Source: Phoronis australis (taxonomy: Eukaryota > Animalia > Phoronida). From it: a DNA stretch of 64,000 nucleotides. How positions within the stretch are numbered: position 1 is the first letter of the stretch; every line of letters starts with the position of its first letter. The notes under the pieces are model-generated. The model did no database searches and was not told where the DNA came from. It saw only the letters and a program-made list of their open reading frames with translations. The position numbers and the translations under genes were made by a program. This document shows positions 51,876 through 64,000 of this stretch, piece by piece. The stretch spans positions 255,642 through 319,641 of the forward strand of contig NMRA01000350.1 of NCBI GenBank assembly GCA_002633005.1. Reading direction: 5' to 3'.

Positions 51876-51994
51876 GTGCGTACTATTGCCTGAATATGAT
51901 TATGATCGCTCTTTCGACCTTCCTGTCAGTCATAGTAATTCAGCTTTACTTCAGGGGGGACAGGGCTACCAGTCTTCCGAGATGGATAAAGCGA
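51876..51994 (+). CDS. nAChR M3 exon (GAYYCLNMIMIALSTFLSVIVIQLYFRGDRATSLPRWIKR)
   Basis: M3 helix and P.W motif, cttttag| and |gtgagt boundaries, phase 1 to phase 0. Confidence 0.96.
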
Positions 51995-53722
51995 GTGAGT
52001 ATCCACTAACGCGCGTTGATTACCGATTGCTGCGTCGCGAGCACGGTGCTTCAAAAACATAAGCTACATTTCAACAATGCTGACGTCCCGGATTCAACTC
52101 TCCTCTGTTGCGGAGGTAGAAAAATGCATTTTACGATTGGCCTAGTTTTCGAAAGTTAAAGCCACTGTCACGAGTCGGCTAGGTAATTAAAGAACGATTT
52201 GTATCGCCCATTCCTTTTTTAAATTTGTTATGCCTGTATTGCAAGTCACATGTCACAATAAAATTTTAGTGACATCACAATGAAAAATTAATGCTAATGC
52301 AAACTAGCAATTAACACAGAAGCAAATTGCAACTGCTGGCCAAAAACTCTATTGACGAAAGGCAGTTCCGCATAATCAGACATGTTTGTGGTATTCCGGG
52401 AAGTGGCTACTGACATTTACAAATGTCAGTCTCACGCTCCTTAACGCTAGACACTCGAGAACTACATGTGGTGAAAATTGTCATCTGATGAAATCAAAGG
52501 GGGTGTTAACTGACAATTTAATTTTTTTTCTCCGATACAACCTCGCCAACCAATCTCTTTAGTTGCTGCCAATCTGCAAGTGCACGATAGAAAGGCAGCA
52601 AGCATACTCTCGAAGCAATTACCTTTCCCTCGCGTGATCTTGTGTGATCGCCAAAGTCGATCTATGGAAGACGGCAACGCCGAGCTAAAACATTGGCCTT
52701 TTATAGATAAAAAACAAAACAGATGATGTGCAACCCAAGGTTCCAAGTCCCAGGAATCGGATTTAGGATAAATTGTCGTTAGGCACGCGAGAGGGGAAGT
52801 GAAAAAATCCCTTGATGCAACATCTCAGGCATCAAGACTAACTAAATCAGCACACCTTTCTACTATCAACAGTATGCCAACGGGGCGTTTCAAAATACCC
52901 CTTATGGAATTACCTTCTTCTAATAATATTTCGCAGGCTGTTGCGTGACATTTTTAACTAACAAGCTACTGGCCTTAATGGATTCACCCCTAAACCTGGG
53001 GGCTGCTTATAACCCATAGTCATTCTCTGTATAGATCCTTGAGCACAAAATGGTATAAACTTGAAATATTTCGCGAAACCGGCCCAGGCAAGGATTGCGA
53101 CAATAACTGTCGTGTCAAAAACAAGGTACTTCATCTTTATCCAGATACTCGGCCATCAGGCCTGGCTATAGCTAATTGTGCGATGTATCCCGCAAGTAAA
53201 ATCAAATTGAAGAAAACATCCAAACAGCTAACACACGAGTATGTGACTGAATAGTATGTAAAAATTACAATTTGTCACGTTCCCAGGGCAGGGGTGGAAC
53301 ACTTGCCCTAGATGTAGACACTGTTCGCTATACCCTTGTACATGACAGATTATGTATACATTATCTTGTAACTAAAACACAGAGGATGAGCTGCATTTTA
53401 CAGGTGGCTTCTTCTTATATTACTTGTATTTAGTTGAAATAAATTATTTCTCCTATAACAGCTCTTGAGTATCAAAATTTTGAGATTAAAGAAGTGTAGA
53501 AGCATTAACATTATTATTATAGTATTATTAATTCAGTACACAATTCACGAAAGCTGTAAAGTTAGATGTAATCAAATTTATGTCTGATTTGTTTTAACAA
53601 TTGCTACCGACCCTTTCAGTTGTGACAAAAATGTGAAAGCACTGCTCGAGTAAGGTACAATTAATATGCTATTGGTGTTAATGAGCAATGTACCTATCAC
53701 TACCTTCAATAAAGACTATTAA

Positions 53723-53883
53723 CAGTGGCGGATTTAGAGGGGAGCCAAGGGGGCCATGGTCCCCCCTAAGATTCTCCCAGATTCCATTTGGCAGTACGGG
53801 TGTGCGAATGTCTGACGGGCAAAATCCTGGCTCATACTCTGCCTTGCCCCCCCCCCTAACTTAAAATCGTGGATCCGCCCCTG
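53723..53883. mobile_element. MITE, CAGTGGCGGAT…ATCCGCCCCTG family
   Basis: 11-bp TIRs with 1 mismatch, flanked on both sides by attaa; ends 40 bp before the last-exon acceptor. Confidence 0.8.
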
Positions 53884-53923
53884 ATTAACTATATGAATCA
53901 TTCCAACGCTTTGTCCTTTTCAG

Positions 53924-54370
53924 ATTATGGTAGACGGATTGGCTAAGGTGCTTTGCATGGGAGTAGAGAGTCCAAATGATGATTTAAAACTAGAAGAGGT
54001 TAAGTCACTCGAAGACAAGGAGAGAATTTCAAAGGACCTTAAGACAATGCGTCAAAAGGGAAAAGAGATGAAATACAACAAGTATCAGATGGTGGATCAG
54101 ATGGAGAAACTCAACTGTCGTGCCAACGGACGCTACGATGCAACCCCTGACATGTCGCCAATCCACTTTCATCAGGGTATGGAGAGTGACGTAAAAGATA
54201 TACGGAAAGTTCTGCGGCATATTGTTCAGAAAATGAACGAAAAGGAACGCGTTGCAAAAATACAAAAAGAATGGAAGACGGTTGCGTTAGTGCTCGATCG
54301 AATTTTTTTCATTCTTTACTTGATAGCAATAATCGTGTCGCTGTGTACCATATTTCCCAAAACAGGCTAA
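53924..54370 (+). CDS. nAChR last coding exon: cytoplasmic loop, MA helix and M4 (…EWKTVALVLDRIFFILYLIAIIVSLCTIFPKTG*)
   Basis: EW..VA.VLDR motif, cttttcag| acceptor in phase 0, stop TAA at 54368-54370. Confidence 0.96.
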   Translation: MMVDGLAKVLCMGVESPNDDLKLEEVKSLEDKERISKDLKTMRQKGKEMKYNKYQMVDQMEKLNCRANGRYDATPDMSPIHFHQGMESDVKDIRKVLRHIVQKMNEKERVAKIQKEWKTVALVLDRIFFILYLIAIIVSLCTIFPKTG

Positions 54371-57140
54371 TATGCTGATGGAAGTACAAAAGCCTTGGTA
54401 CGGTGAAGGGACAATGTAGCTTCTGATATGTTTGGAGTTATGTTTTATACTTTCGTAGCTTGAGCGAAAGGACTGGCCGTTTGACTTTCGACCCTAGTCA
54501 GTAATTCGTCATTGCTTAAGCACGTCTTCCAAACATACATTAGTTGGAGTCTTTAAAGTTTACCCAAGCGCTTGGACTTGGAAATGACATATATCATGGA
54601 GTTTCACCTATGAAGAGCACATCTTTTAAGGTTATCTGGTCAGTCAAAGCGTCTTTCTCTCATTAAAAGGTGAACATGTACAATGAATACCTGCATGGTA
54701 AACATCAAAGGTAGTCAAGGTGTAACATATCCAAAAATCAGCAGTCTTTTACTGTTACTACATCAACTATGTATACAATATATTGTATTTGCACTCCTGG
54801 GCTGGCGTGCATGGGTAGCAACACTAATATCGCATTATGACATGTCAAATTGATGTGATGAACACTGCACCTGACGTACATGTGTACTATGGAAAAGTTG
54901 TGAAGTTTTATGCAACACAGCCCAGGGACCTTTCTCGTCAAAATTGAACTAGAAATCAGTTTTGACATTTTCTATTCTACTTGTGTACGAGTTCAACCTA
55001 AGTGGCTATCAATCTAATGCTCGAGTACATTATTGATTATGCATATGAACTTCTAGTCCAATTTTGCTCTTGAAGATCTCCATACTTGTGTAAAAACGAG
55101 CAAAACTAGAGATTTCGAATTGCATTTCGAGTGTAAGACTGAACCACGGGTCTAGGTGACTTTTTGAAATTTGTAAACTCGAAATGAAACCATCAACCAC
55201 AAGCTAGGTATGCGTTTCAGAAGACGTAAAAACTAAGTTCGCGAAAGCGCAAGACAAAGCACTTGCTAACACCAGATTCTTTCGCGAAATTCTTGTGTCT
55301 ACTGGACTCGACCTTAGGCTGCGATCGTAAATATGAAAACTAAGTTCGAAAACTCAACATTACTCAGGTTTTGGTAAAGTACTGCCATGTATTACAGGCG
55401 AAGCAGGGATTCACATTACTTGTAGTTTGACTAGCGAGTGTGTTGGAAACGTAACCCTGTTCTCACGTGAAGGTAACGTTAGACTTAATTGTACAATAGG
55501 AGCCTCGGACTGTTAATGGGAAAGATTGGCGTCAAACGGGAATGGGAGACCTTCATATGGGAAGGACGAACTCTAAAATTATAAATCTGGAAGGAGTGAT
55601 AATGAAGGTCAGGGTTGTGATGAGAAGGGCGGCGAACCATTTTTCATTTGACGTTCTGGGATAACGTTATTGTGGCTTCCCGCGGGACTAGAAACATTTT
55701 TGTGGAGATTAGGTTACTTGGAAGGATTTGTTATTTGCATACATGTACTGTTCGCTAACGATCACCCATATGAATTATTGTATAATGTATTTGCATATGT
55801 AGGCCAAAAGTCTTGGAGATTTATAACTCGTCTTGCGACATGTCTGTGATTTGATATCTACTAAAAACCCGACATTGGTGTTGCTGTGAAAAGAAAGCAT
55901 ACTGTGTACATATGCATGAAACCTTTTGGTATGCTTTGATACTTTTGTATAACCCAACAATCTCGTCTTGAAATTATACCAATGAAAAATCTAACCAAAA
56001 TCACATGATCTCATTTAAACTACTCTCCAATGTCTCGCGTCTTTCTAGTGAGATACTAACGAGGTCCTAGCTTTATTGAACTCTACCCTGGTGTGAGTCA
56101 CTGTTTCACTTCCAACACGTAAGTCGTCTGCTCACTTACCGGAAGTGGCGCCTCTTCTGGAAATTCCTTGCTCAAATATCGGAGTTGTGAATCTGTTGTC
56201 TGTGGTGATAGTGACCTCCAACCGTCACTCGAAGTTTGACCGCAAAATTAACCATTCATATAACGTGCAATTTGAAAAAATGCACAAAGCGAGACAAATT
56301 TTAGTCAAGAATTAGAGTTGACGATACCGATCCGAAATCGAACGAAATCCAATTGCTTGAAATAATTTTTTGTTGTATGAACTAGACAAAGTTTCTTTGG
56401 CTTTATGTTCAAGTACACTACGAGTTCCGAAGAAAAGTTTGTTAACCAAATTTGAACTGTCCTGGTTGACCTCAACGTAGGACAAACTAGATCTTAAAAC
56501 CCCGGTGATTGAACTTTTGGTTTTGGCTTGATCTTGCTGTCATCAAGTGCGAGCTTGAATGATGTACTCACCAGTGAAAATAAAAAAAAAACCGTACCAG
56601 AGCACAAAAAGTTACTGAGTTCATATTTAAAGTTGCCGGACCTGAATAAGGCGGCAAAGATTAATGTTAAATCGATTTTTGTTATACATCAAAAAGGATT
56701 ATTATCTTTGACCCGGTATACAAGCTCTCCCCCAAACCGCGCGTCATTACATTCTTTAACAAAAATGAAGCGTTTTTATGAGAAAAATCTGAAACATTGG
56801 CAGTCAAAATGGCTAGTTTTAATTCCAAACATTTAAACGCCATCCCAAAGAGGAAATACAGGAGGTTCAGCAACTTAAATAGAACAGAACATATTAAACT
56901 TTCATTGAAGTTTTCGAGTTCGGAAGTCGGACTTCAGGCCGTGGAATTATAACTAAATTTCATTGAAGTAAAGCAGGAGAGGCGGTGCGTTCCGTAGAGC
57001 AAGATTGTCTGGATCTTGGCGAGGTCAAGCCAGATCATGCACCATTTAGCGAGTGTTCAGTAAGTGAGGTAAGGACTTTTCTAGTCTGGCCAAGCAAAAT
57101 GGCCTCCTCTGAACGCCCACAATTATTGGGCAGTGAGCTT

Positions 57141-57164
57141 GGGGGGGGGGGGGGGGGNNNNNNN

Positions 57165-57195
<31 letters not shown>
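57141..57195. repeat. Poly-G tract with assembly gap (Ns)
   Basis: Directly visible; source of the spurious poly-Pro and poly-Gly ORFs. Confidence 0.95.
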
Positions 57196-57196
<1 letters not shown>

Positions 57197-60100
57197 GGAT
57201 GCCCAATTGCAGAAAATCCATGGCATCCTTTCCAAAAAGGAGGATTTCTCGTCAAAAGCGTCTTTCCTGAGTATCTGGCTTTTCGAAATGCACCCTCAAT
57301 AAATCAATAAAGTACCTGTAAGTACATGTAGTTGAAGTTATCGTGTGCACTTGTGTAGATTATAGGTACAAGAAGTTTATGTCAAGATTTTCACATCGTC
57401 GATTGCACTGATGAATACATATACAATTATATTCGGCGTAAATAACTGTGTGTAATAAACGATGGAGATTACAGACCTCAAAATCAGGCATTTCGTTTTA
57501 CTTAATTTTCTGAAAGTATTATAAGTTGATCTCAAAGAGACACCATTGGTTTTCAGTACGGTGGGAAACGCACATCTTTGGGTGTACTGGTGTATGGGAA
57601 AGACTTCTTTAAGTCACTAGCTTTGACCAGAACTATAAAAACAAAATTCGAACACTGAAAAGGGGACATGTAAAGCTCATAAAGGCGCGAAAACAGTGAT
57701 GCTCCATACTGCTTGAGAGTATTGTGGCATTGTGAGTAAATACAGCGAGATTCGAGTGTCGATTGGGAAGTGGAACAAGAAGAACAATTTCCGTCTGAAT
57801 ACTTTCACCAAACTGGCCTAAGGATGAAGTCGCCTACTAAATCCGGGAGAAGATTGTCATTCAACAACTGACTGGAGGTTTCACTAATCTTGCCTCTGCC
57901 AGTTACAATGCAATATAGGTACTGTAGCTGTTCAAGACAGGGGCAAGATGGTTGAATCTCTTTTGCTTTTTATAAGGGGTAAGGTTTGACATAATTTTTC
58001 TAAGAAAACAATCCTTTTCACAACAGTGGCCGAGAAGCGGCCATTTAAGTTACGGAAAAGCTCTTAACATGTTTTCTTTGCCCCCCATGCAGTTTAGACT
58101 TCCATTTCTTTCACCATTGTTTTCATAGAATGTTTGGAAATCGTTTTCAACTTCTCTATAACATTTGTTTGGCACACCTGCTTCGTCAACATGATCCTTT
58201 TCATTCTTCTCAAAACGTACAGCTTTAAACTTCCAATTAGGCCAATACAGCAAATTTAAAAACCCGACCCCACGTGCCGGTTCCTTTAATTTCGCGTGCC
58301 CTTAATTAAAACCACGATTACTGCACATTATCACGATATCACAAAACCTACAAAGTGTTTTGATGTTATTACGATATTCTTTTGTAGCCTTTCAGAATTC
58401 CATACATACTCTGTCTTTGGTGAAGTGACAGGAATAAAGATAAACGTCTCGACGTTTGTGGAACCGAGACCCTGAATCCACGCATACATTGTACAATCTT
58501 CGATGTTCGGAATTGAACCGGAACCATCTGTTCGTGAAACGAAATTGTCAATTACATTGCAGGCCCGCTTTGTGTTGATTAAACCACAAGTCTATTCAGG
58601 TGAAGATACAAGCGGGGGACTTTTCATACTTGCGTTTTCTAGAATAATGAGAACACGGCGGTGACTTATTGATCCCGACTCAGATTTGGAGAACAAGAAT
58701 TCATTTACGGACTGCTTTACTTAACAGCCAAGAAGCTAAAGTCAATTGAATTTTTATGTTGGTTAACCCAATTATTGAACCGGTTTTGTGATTCGAACAC
58801 CGATTTCGGTATCTCTTTTATGCTCTACATACACGTATTTGTGGAATCATTAGTTTTTATAAATGTAGTTTTTAAATGACACTTTTATATTTTTGACAGA
58901 CTAAAGCTGTTTGTTACATTTTATAACCCTATTCATCCTGCTCAAACAACTCTGGTCTTACTTGGAAACACATTTTGTCGGAAAGATTATCGCTGACCAA
59001 AAGTCTGATGCGTTCGGCTCAGCATTGCGCGTAGTGGCCAGGCGGTCTGGAACTCTTCTGTTCATTGGTTCAAGATGTTGAAATCAGCGTAAATGAGAAA
59101 TTTTTGAAATATACTGTCCGGAAAAACATCAGTCCCGTTCTCCATAAACTTTGATTCTTGAAGCGGTTTAGCGAACACGAGACCGACTCCAAAATAGAAA
59201 CGAAAATAACAAAAACGGCTACCAGGGGGCGCAAAAACGTTGAACATTGGGAAGTTGTGACATGTCAGTAGAAACCTATTTGTCAAATTGTTTAAAATTC
59301 TGTCAAGGCTGGTCCGTAGTCATACCCTCTGACGCGAGCAATGTAAACTGATCGGTTGCAGATAGTTTGGGTGGCAACTAAACAAATGGCTGTCAAAAAG
59401 TTTGATTGTGGGAGTATTTGTTCCAAGTAGGAATACATCAACAGGTTCCTAAGGTGTGCATCTATGTGCAAAAATTTCTTATTGCAACATGACTTAGTTG
59501 GTTTAAGATTATGTAGGTCCTGACTAGCCAAATTTGGCCGATTTCGGAGCATCATGTCTGATCGTCGGGATTCTTATGAAACCTTCGGATGTGATTTATG
59601 CACTTTGATCAAAAAACTTTTAGGAATTGTTTTTAAAATGTCACATCTTTCCAGGAGAGATATGAAAATTGAAGGCATTTAGGATTTCCATGAATAAACC
59701 TTTGAAGTTGCATAAAACGAAAACGAAATGATATTTTAGAAAACCGAAATAGCTTTTTCGATATCTGAACTTGAACATTCTTATCAAATAAAACTCGATC
59801 ATGTCACTGATAACGTTGTTTCGCTATCAAGGTACCTTTCTTTTTGCTCAATTCACGTGACCCACTTAATAACAGATTGGTAAAAAGTCAGAAGTCAAAT
59901 CCTAGAGGTTTCTTAATTTCAGAAAACACATACTTTTATTTATTTAAAATGTGCTATTTTCTATATATCTTGCTAAATTTATATACTTAGTATATGGACC
60001 TACATACATGTTACCTTAATCAGCGGCAGAATTCGCCGAAAAGCTCACTTCTGGCGTATGGAGGGCCTATAGAACCACCGGCAGCGCACGGACCATCCAT

Positions 60101-61092
60101 GTTCACGCGCATTATTCCTTCCGCGAATTAAATCTTAAAATCCACAAACGGACAGAAATTCCGCGCAAAATCACATTTGAAAAATCATAACGGATCTGAT
60201 CTCTTTATCGTACCCCCAATGTTACCATAAGAGTTGCCTCACCTACGATCTGCTAAGAGACATCAATTAGCCTAATCACGTGACTTAGTGGAAAGAGCCA
60301 CTCCATTGATGAGGAGCGTACTGGTGAGAATGTAGTACGGAAAATCCCCAGAGCTAACCATCTCGCATTAAAAGAAATTTAATATATCTCGAAATCGATC
60401 CTTTTCACATTTAGAGAGGATGTTTGCAGCATAGGGAAATGCAAGTACGAAAGTATTACAACACGGCCCTGATATCCTCACATCCTTGGGGACGGACGAT
60501 TTTCGTCCATAAAATATCATTATACTTCATATCATGAAAATGTATAATTCACGAAATGTTTCACAAGAAAACGAAACCCAACAGTGCTAAAAAACAAGGC
60601 ATACACATTAAGGGTATCTTTGGGCTGAGGCATCCCCAATTATTTCCCAGGAACTTACATGTAACATTCACCACTGCTGTGAACTGATAACGGTGGATAC
60701 TCAAAACTGAACTCAGTTTCTAGCTATAAATATATTTAATAACACAAAGCTTAGTTCATGGAATGTTAAAATATTTAGACAAAGTACATTAAGTTTGAAT
60801 AAACAATACAAATAATCACATGCGCACAGTTGTTTAAATTAAGCTGAACATTGTCAATATTGTCTTATGTATATGAGCAAAACAACAATGTGATAAATAA
60901 AAGATAGAGACTACATCATCAGGAAAGACTCCTTGAAGTGAAGTAACATCAGTCAGTAACTGTGCGATTGGGTTCTTCACAAGTTGAGAAGATTATGTTG
61001 AGAAATAGAGATAAACAAATGCCGAATCTTTCGAGTGACTTGTTGTTTGCTATAGCGACATATTTTTCAGTCCAATTTCACAAAAGGAGCAT

Positions 61093-61128
61093 CTATTTCT
61101 TTGGTGCAATGATTCCCTCCAACTGCGT
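61093..61128 (-). CDS. DNALI1: Axonemal dynein light intermediate chain (p28), last coding exon (TQLEGIIAPKK*)
   Basis: Acceptor tttccttttcag, the recognisable DNALI1 C-terminus QLEGIIAPKK, stop TAG. Confidence 0.93.
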   Translation of the reverse strand, partial: TQLEGIIAPKK

Positions 61129-62081
61129 CTGAAAAGGAAATGGAAGGTTTTAAATAATTAAAGTGTGCAGGCAAATCATGCATATTTCTTCTAAATTGCA
61201 TACAATAACTATTCAATGCTTTTTAATTTCAGAAAATATGTTTAATAGACTGAATTAATTTCTATAGCTCCTCAGATAGGTGGTAAAATGCAGTCGCCGA
61301 TGAGTTCCTACATAACCAAAACACTTTTAACTATTTCACGACAAGACCTTGGTGCGTGGCCAAAGCATAAGGCCGACAACTGATCTCAGAAATTCAGAGA
61401 TAAATAGCTTCAAAGAGGGCACAACCATTTTCTGAATGGGCTGAAAACTGCTGGAAGCATACCTCATCCTCAATGAGTCAGAAAAATAGTTCTCAGAAGT
61501 TTCATCAAGTCGAGGAAAATTTGCAAGTTTACAAGAGAGGGGTTTGATAGTGGACAGATACTTTGATAATTATATTCCTCCATCTAGGCTGTAACATGAG
61601 CGTGACCAAGCTGTGACCACCTGAACTCTCTTTTGTATCGTGGCTGCATTTATCACTGAAAAGGGTGGACGTGCACCTATCACAGTTTAAGTAATAGTGA
61701 CTTGTGATCAAGTACCCATCGGCCGTCATCCGTATTATATCTATGTTGAGTGATAAAAGGTCAAGCTAAATCTACCGGACAGTGTTTACAGTTTGCAGTT
61801 TTCAAAAAAAAAAACAGAACAGACTTCCTTACGTCCTTGACAGACTCAGAAAAACTACAAATATTCTCATCAGAACTATTTGGCAGCAGAATCCGATTTT
61901 TGCTGTAATGTATAATTTTTCAACAAGGAGAAGTGAAAAATTTTGATAAAGAGGATGGAACAACACCTGTTGAGAGCTTGTCAAGATTTAGGAAAAATAA
62001 AAATGAGCTTTAGTCGAAAAGACGCATTTTTGCAAATCTTGAATTTCGGCACTGTCCAATTTATTTTGAGCACTATGTTAC

Positions 62082-62246
62082 CTTCAGTTGTTGATTGGTT
62101 CTCTTCAGAAATTGAATCTCTTCAGCGTGTTTCTTCTCCTCAACTTGCCGTTGTTCTGCAGCACGCTTCTCAATCTGCTCACACTTTGTTTTCAATTCAT
62201 TAACTTGTCTCTCCAAGTCCCGTTTATCCTGCTCTAATTCAGCAAT
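62082..62246 (-). CDS. DNALI1: DNALI1 penultimate coding exon (IAELEQDKRDLERQVNELK…EEIQFLKRTNQQLK)
   Basis: Coiled coil with the conserved EEKKH.EEIQFLKRTNQQLK motif, ag/gt boundaries, 165 nt, phase 0/0. Confidence 0.96.
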
Positions 62247-62947
62247 CTGAAACACAAAAAACACGAATCAAAAACTGCGAGACTTCTCTCATGCAAATAT
62301 TCACAACATATTTTTTGCTGTGAAATGGATTTTTACTGCAGGGTCAAATATTATTGACCGGACCACAGAAAACACAACACCTATCAATAAAACGTGCTAG
62401 TCAGTATCTCTCTCTTAAAGGTATTACATTGTTTTGTCAAATTTGAAAAAGTTATCAGTACTGGTATTCAACATTGTGGGAGTTAACAATCAAAAAACCT
62501 GCAGTTCATCAAATTAACAATTCAGATCACGGACCACAAACTATATTACTGGCCTCAACATGTTCCATATAGCCAAATGAGAAGTGGTCTTATGACTGGA
62601 AACAATTTACAACTAGTCACTGCCCGAGATCATACTCAGCATGCAAGCTTGCCTGGCCTTTGAAAGCAATTTTTGCTAAGCCTGGTCTCAAGCAGTAATG
62701 AATTGTTAAGTTATTTCAGTGAACAGAAATCACTCCTAAATTCCTTAAGAGATACACGTAAGTTAAGACAAGCATATGACTGAAACAGTTCGAATCAATA
62801 GTGTAATGGAAGGCAGAGTGAGACACTGTATCAACTTAAAAACACAATGTTTTTTTGCTGGAAACAGTTGTGTCACAATCAGACTATATTAATCTTCTAT
62901 GGAGAAAGGCAAAAAGACTTATAAGTGGGACCAGAACAAATCTTTAC

Positions 62948-63126
62948 CCTCTTTTCCATATCAGCCTTGCCCTGTTCAGCTTGTAGTGCCTTCCTCATAC
63001 CAAACGCCACACTGCTTTCGTACAATGTCTGGTAAGCGGCTATGGTCATCCGAATCTCATCCCTAACCCGTAGCAATAAGAGACCTCGCTCAGCACAATT
63101 GATCGTGACTTGGCGGATGAGTTCAT
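62948..63126 (-). CDS. DNALI1: DNALI1 internal exon ((D)ELIRQVTINCAERGLLLLRVRDEIRMTIAAYQTLYESSVAFGMRKALQAEQGKADMEKR); gene continues beyond the window
   Basis: Highly conserved p28 core recognised by manual translation, ag/gt boundaries, phase 1 to phase 0. Confidence 0.97.
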
Positions 63127-63724
63127 CTGAAAAAAAAATTTAATTGCTTTACATTTTGTATTATAGAGCTGTCAAAAATCTCATGATTGCTTTTTATGTC
63201 TGAAGTGTCCAAATGGATTTTGAGAAAAAAGGTTGGTACTCTTAATGAGAAAACAATAATATGACGTGGGAACAATTTACTATAAGTGCACACTACAGAT
63301 GGCAGCACAAAATTCAAGACTAAGTAAAAATAAATTCCCATCAAAAATGATCAGCATGTCTTGCATGAGATGCGACCCATTTTTCATCATGCATTCATCT
63401 TATGCATATGCAAAATACAATTTTGTAGCAACCTTACTCCAAGACACAGTCAGTCACACAAAAAATGCTTTTCTTTACCAGAGTTGTATTATAAAGTACT
63501 GTGTACTAGTCATCAACCAACAAGCTTCATGTAAAACCTTGAGACCAGGACCTCAGATTTGAGAAAGGCTTCGATTCGGGACTGTTGCAATTCTCAATGA
63601 TCCTACATTGTAATCTATAAGGCCATGATCTAATTTTACATCAAGTTCTGTATTTCTTATTTGCCTTGTTTCTTGAATATTTCCACGGAAACCAATATTT
63701 CACTACCTTGAAACATACCACTGA

Positions 63725-63980
63725 CAGTGGTCATGGTCAACTGAAAAAACAGGGGTCTACAAAAATGACGACAGGGCCTTATATGGAGACAAGGAATTGA
63801 CATGATATTCAGAATTGTTACATTTATTATTAAATATTCCCAGAAAATGCATTCATTCTATAAGGCAATGGCATTCACTATCATGTTTTTACAGTACTAC
63901 GGAATAATATCAGTGGTCATGGTCAACTGGCAAAAACAGGGGTCTACAAAAATGACGACAGGGCCTGATATGGAGACATA
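63725..63980. repeat. ~70-bp direct repeat, period 186 (63725 and 63911), in a DNALI1 intron
   Basis: cagtggtcatggtcaactg…aaaacaggggtctacaaaaatgacgacagggcct occurs twice. Confidence 0.85.
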
Positions 63981-64000
63981 AGGATCTGGCATGATTATTC

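Noticed and set aside
56985-57302. Poly-Gly and poly-Pro ORFs
   Set aside because: They arise from a poly-G tract with an assembly gap.
1-64000. Frequent TACATGTA/ACATGT palindromes
   Set aside because: Scattered with no positional pattern; appears to be a genome-wide compositional trait rather than a locus-specific signal.

Overview
Eukaryotic, AT-rich, intron-rich animal genomic DNA, probably a marine lophotrochozoan (inferred from the receptor subtype). Two genes are recoverable by manual splice-site and phase reconstruction. (1) A + strand alpha-type nicotinic acetylcholine receptor subunit (about 486 aa, constant exons 44042-54370) with the anion-selectivity Pro-Ala-Lys motif before M2. 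Its pore-lining M2 helix is encoded by two tandem, 87-nt, phase-matched exons (48563-48649 and 48892-48978) that look mutually exclusive, with an RNA hairpin between them. At least three phase-compatible alternative signal-peptide exons are spread over about 34 kb upstream (6990, 25875, 40824). (2) The last three coding exons of the convergent - strand gene DNALI1. The rest is intronic or intergenic DNA with MITE-like elements, a LINE fragment, minisatellites and a ~900-bp tandem duplication that may be an assembly artefact. All isoform claims are sequence-based predictions without transcript evidence.
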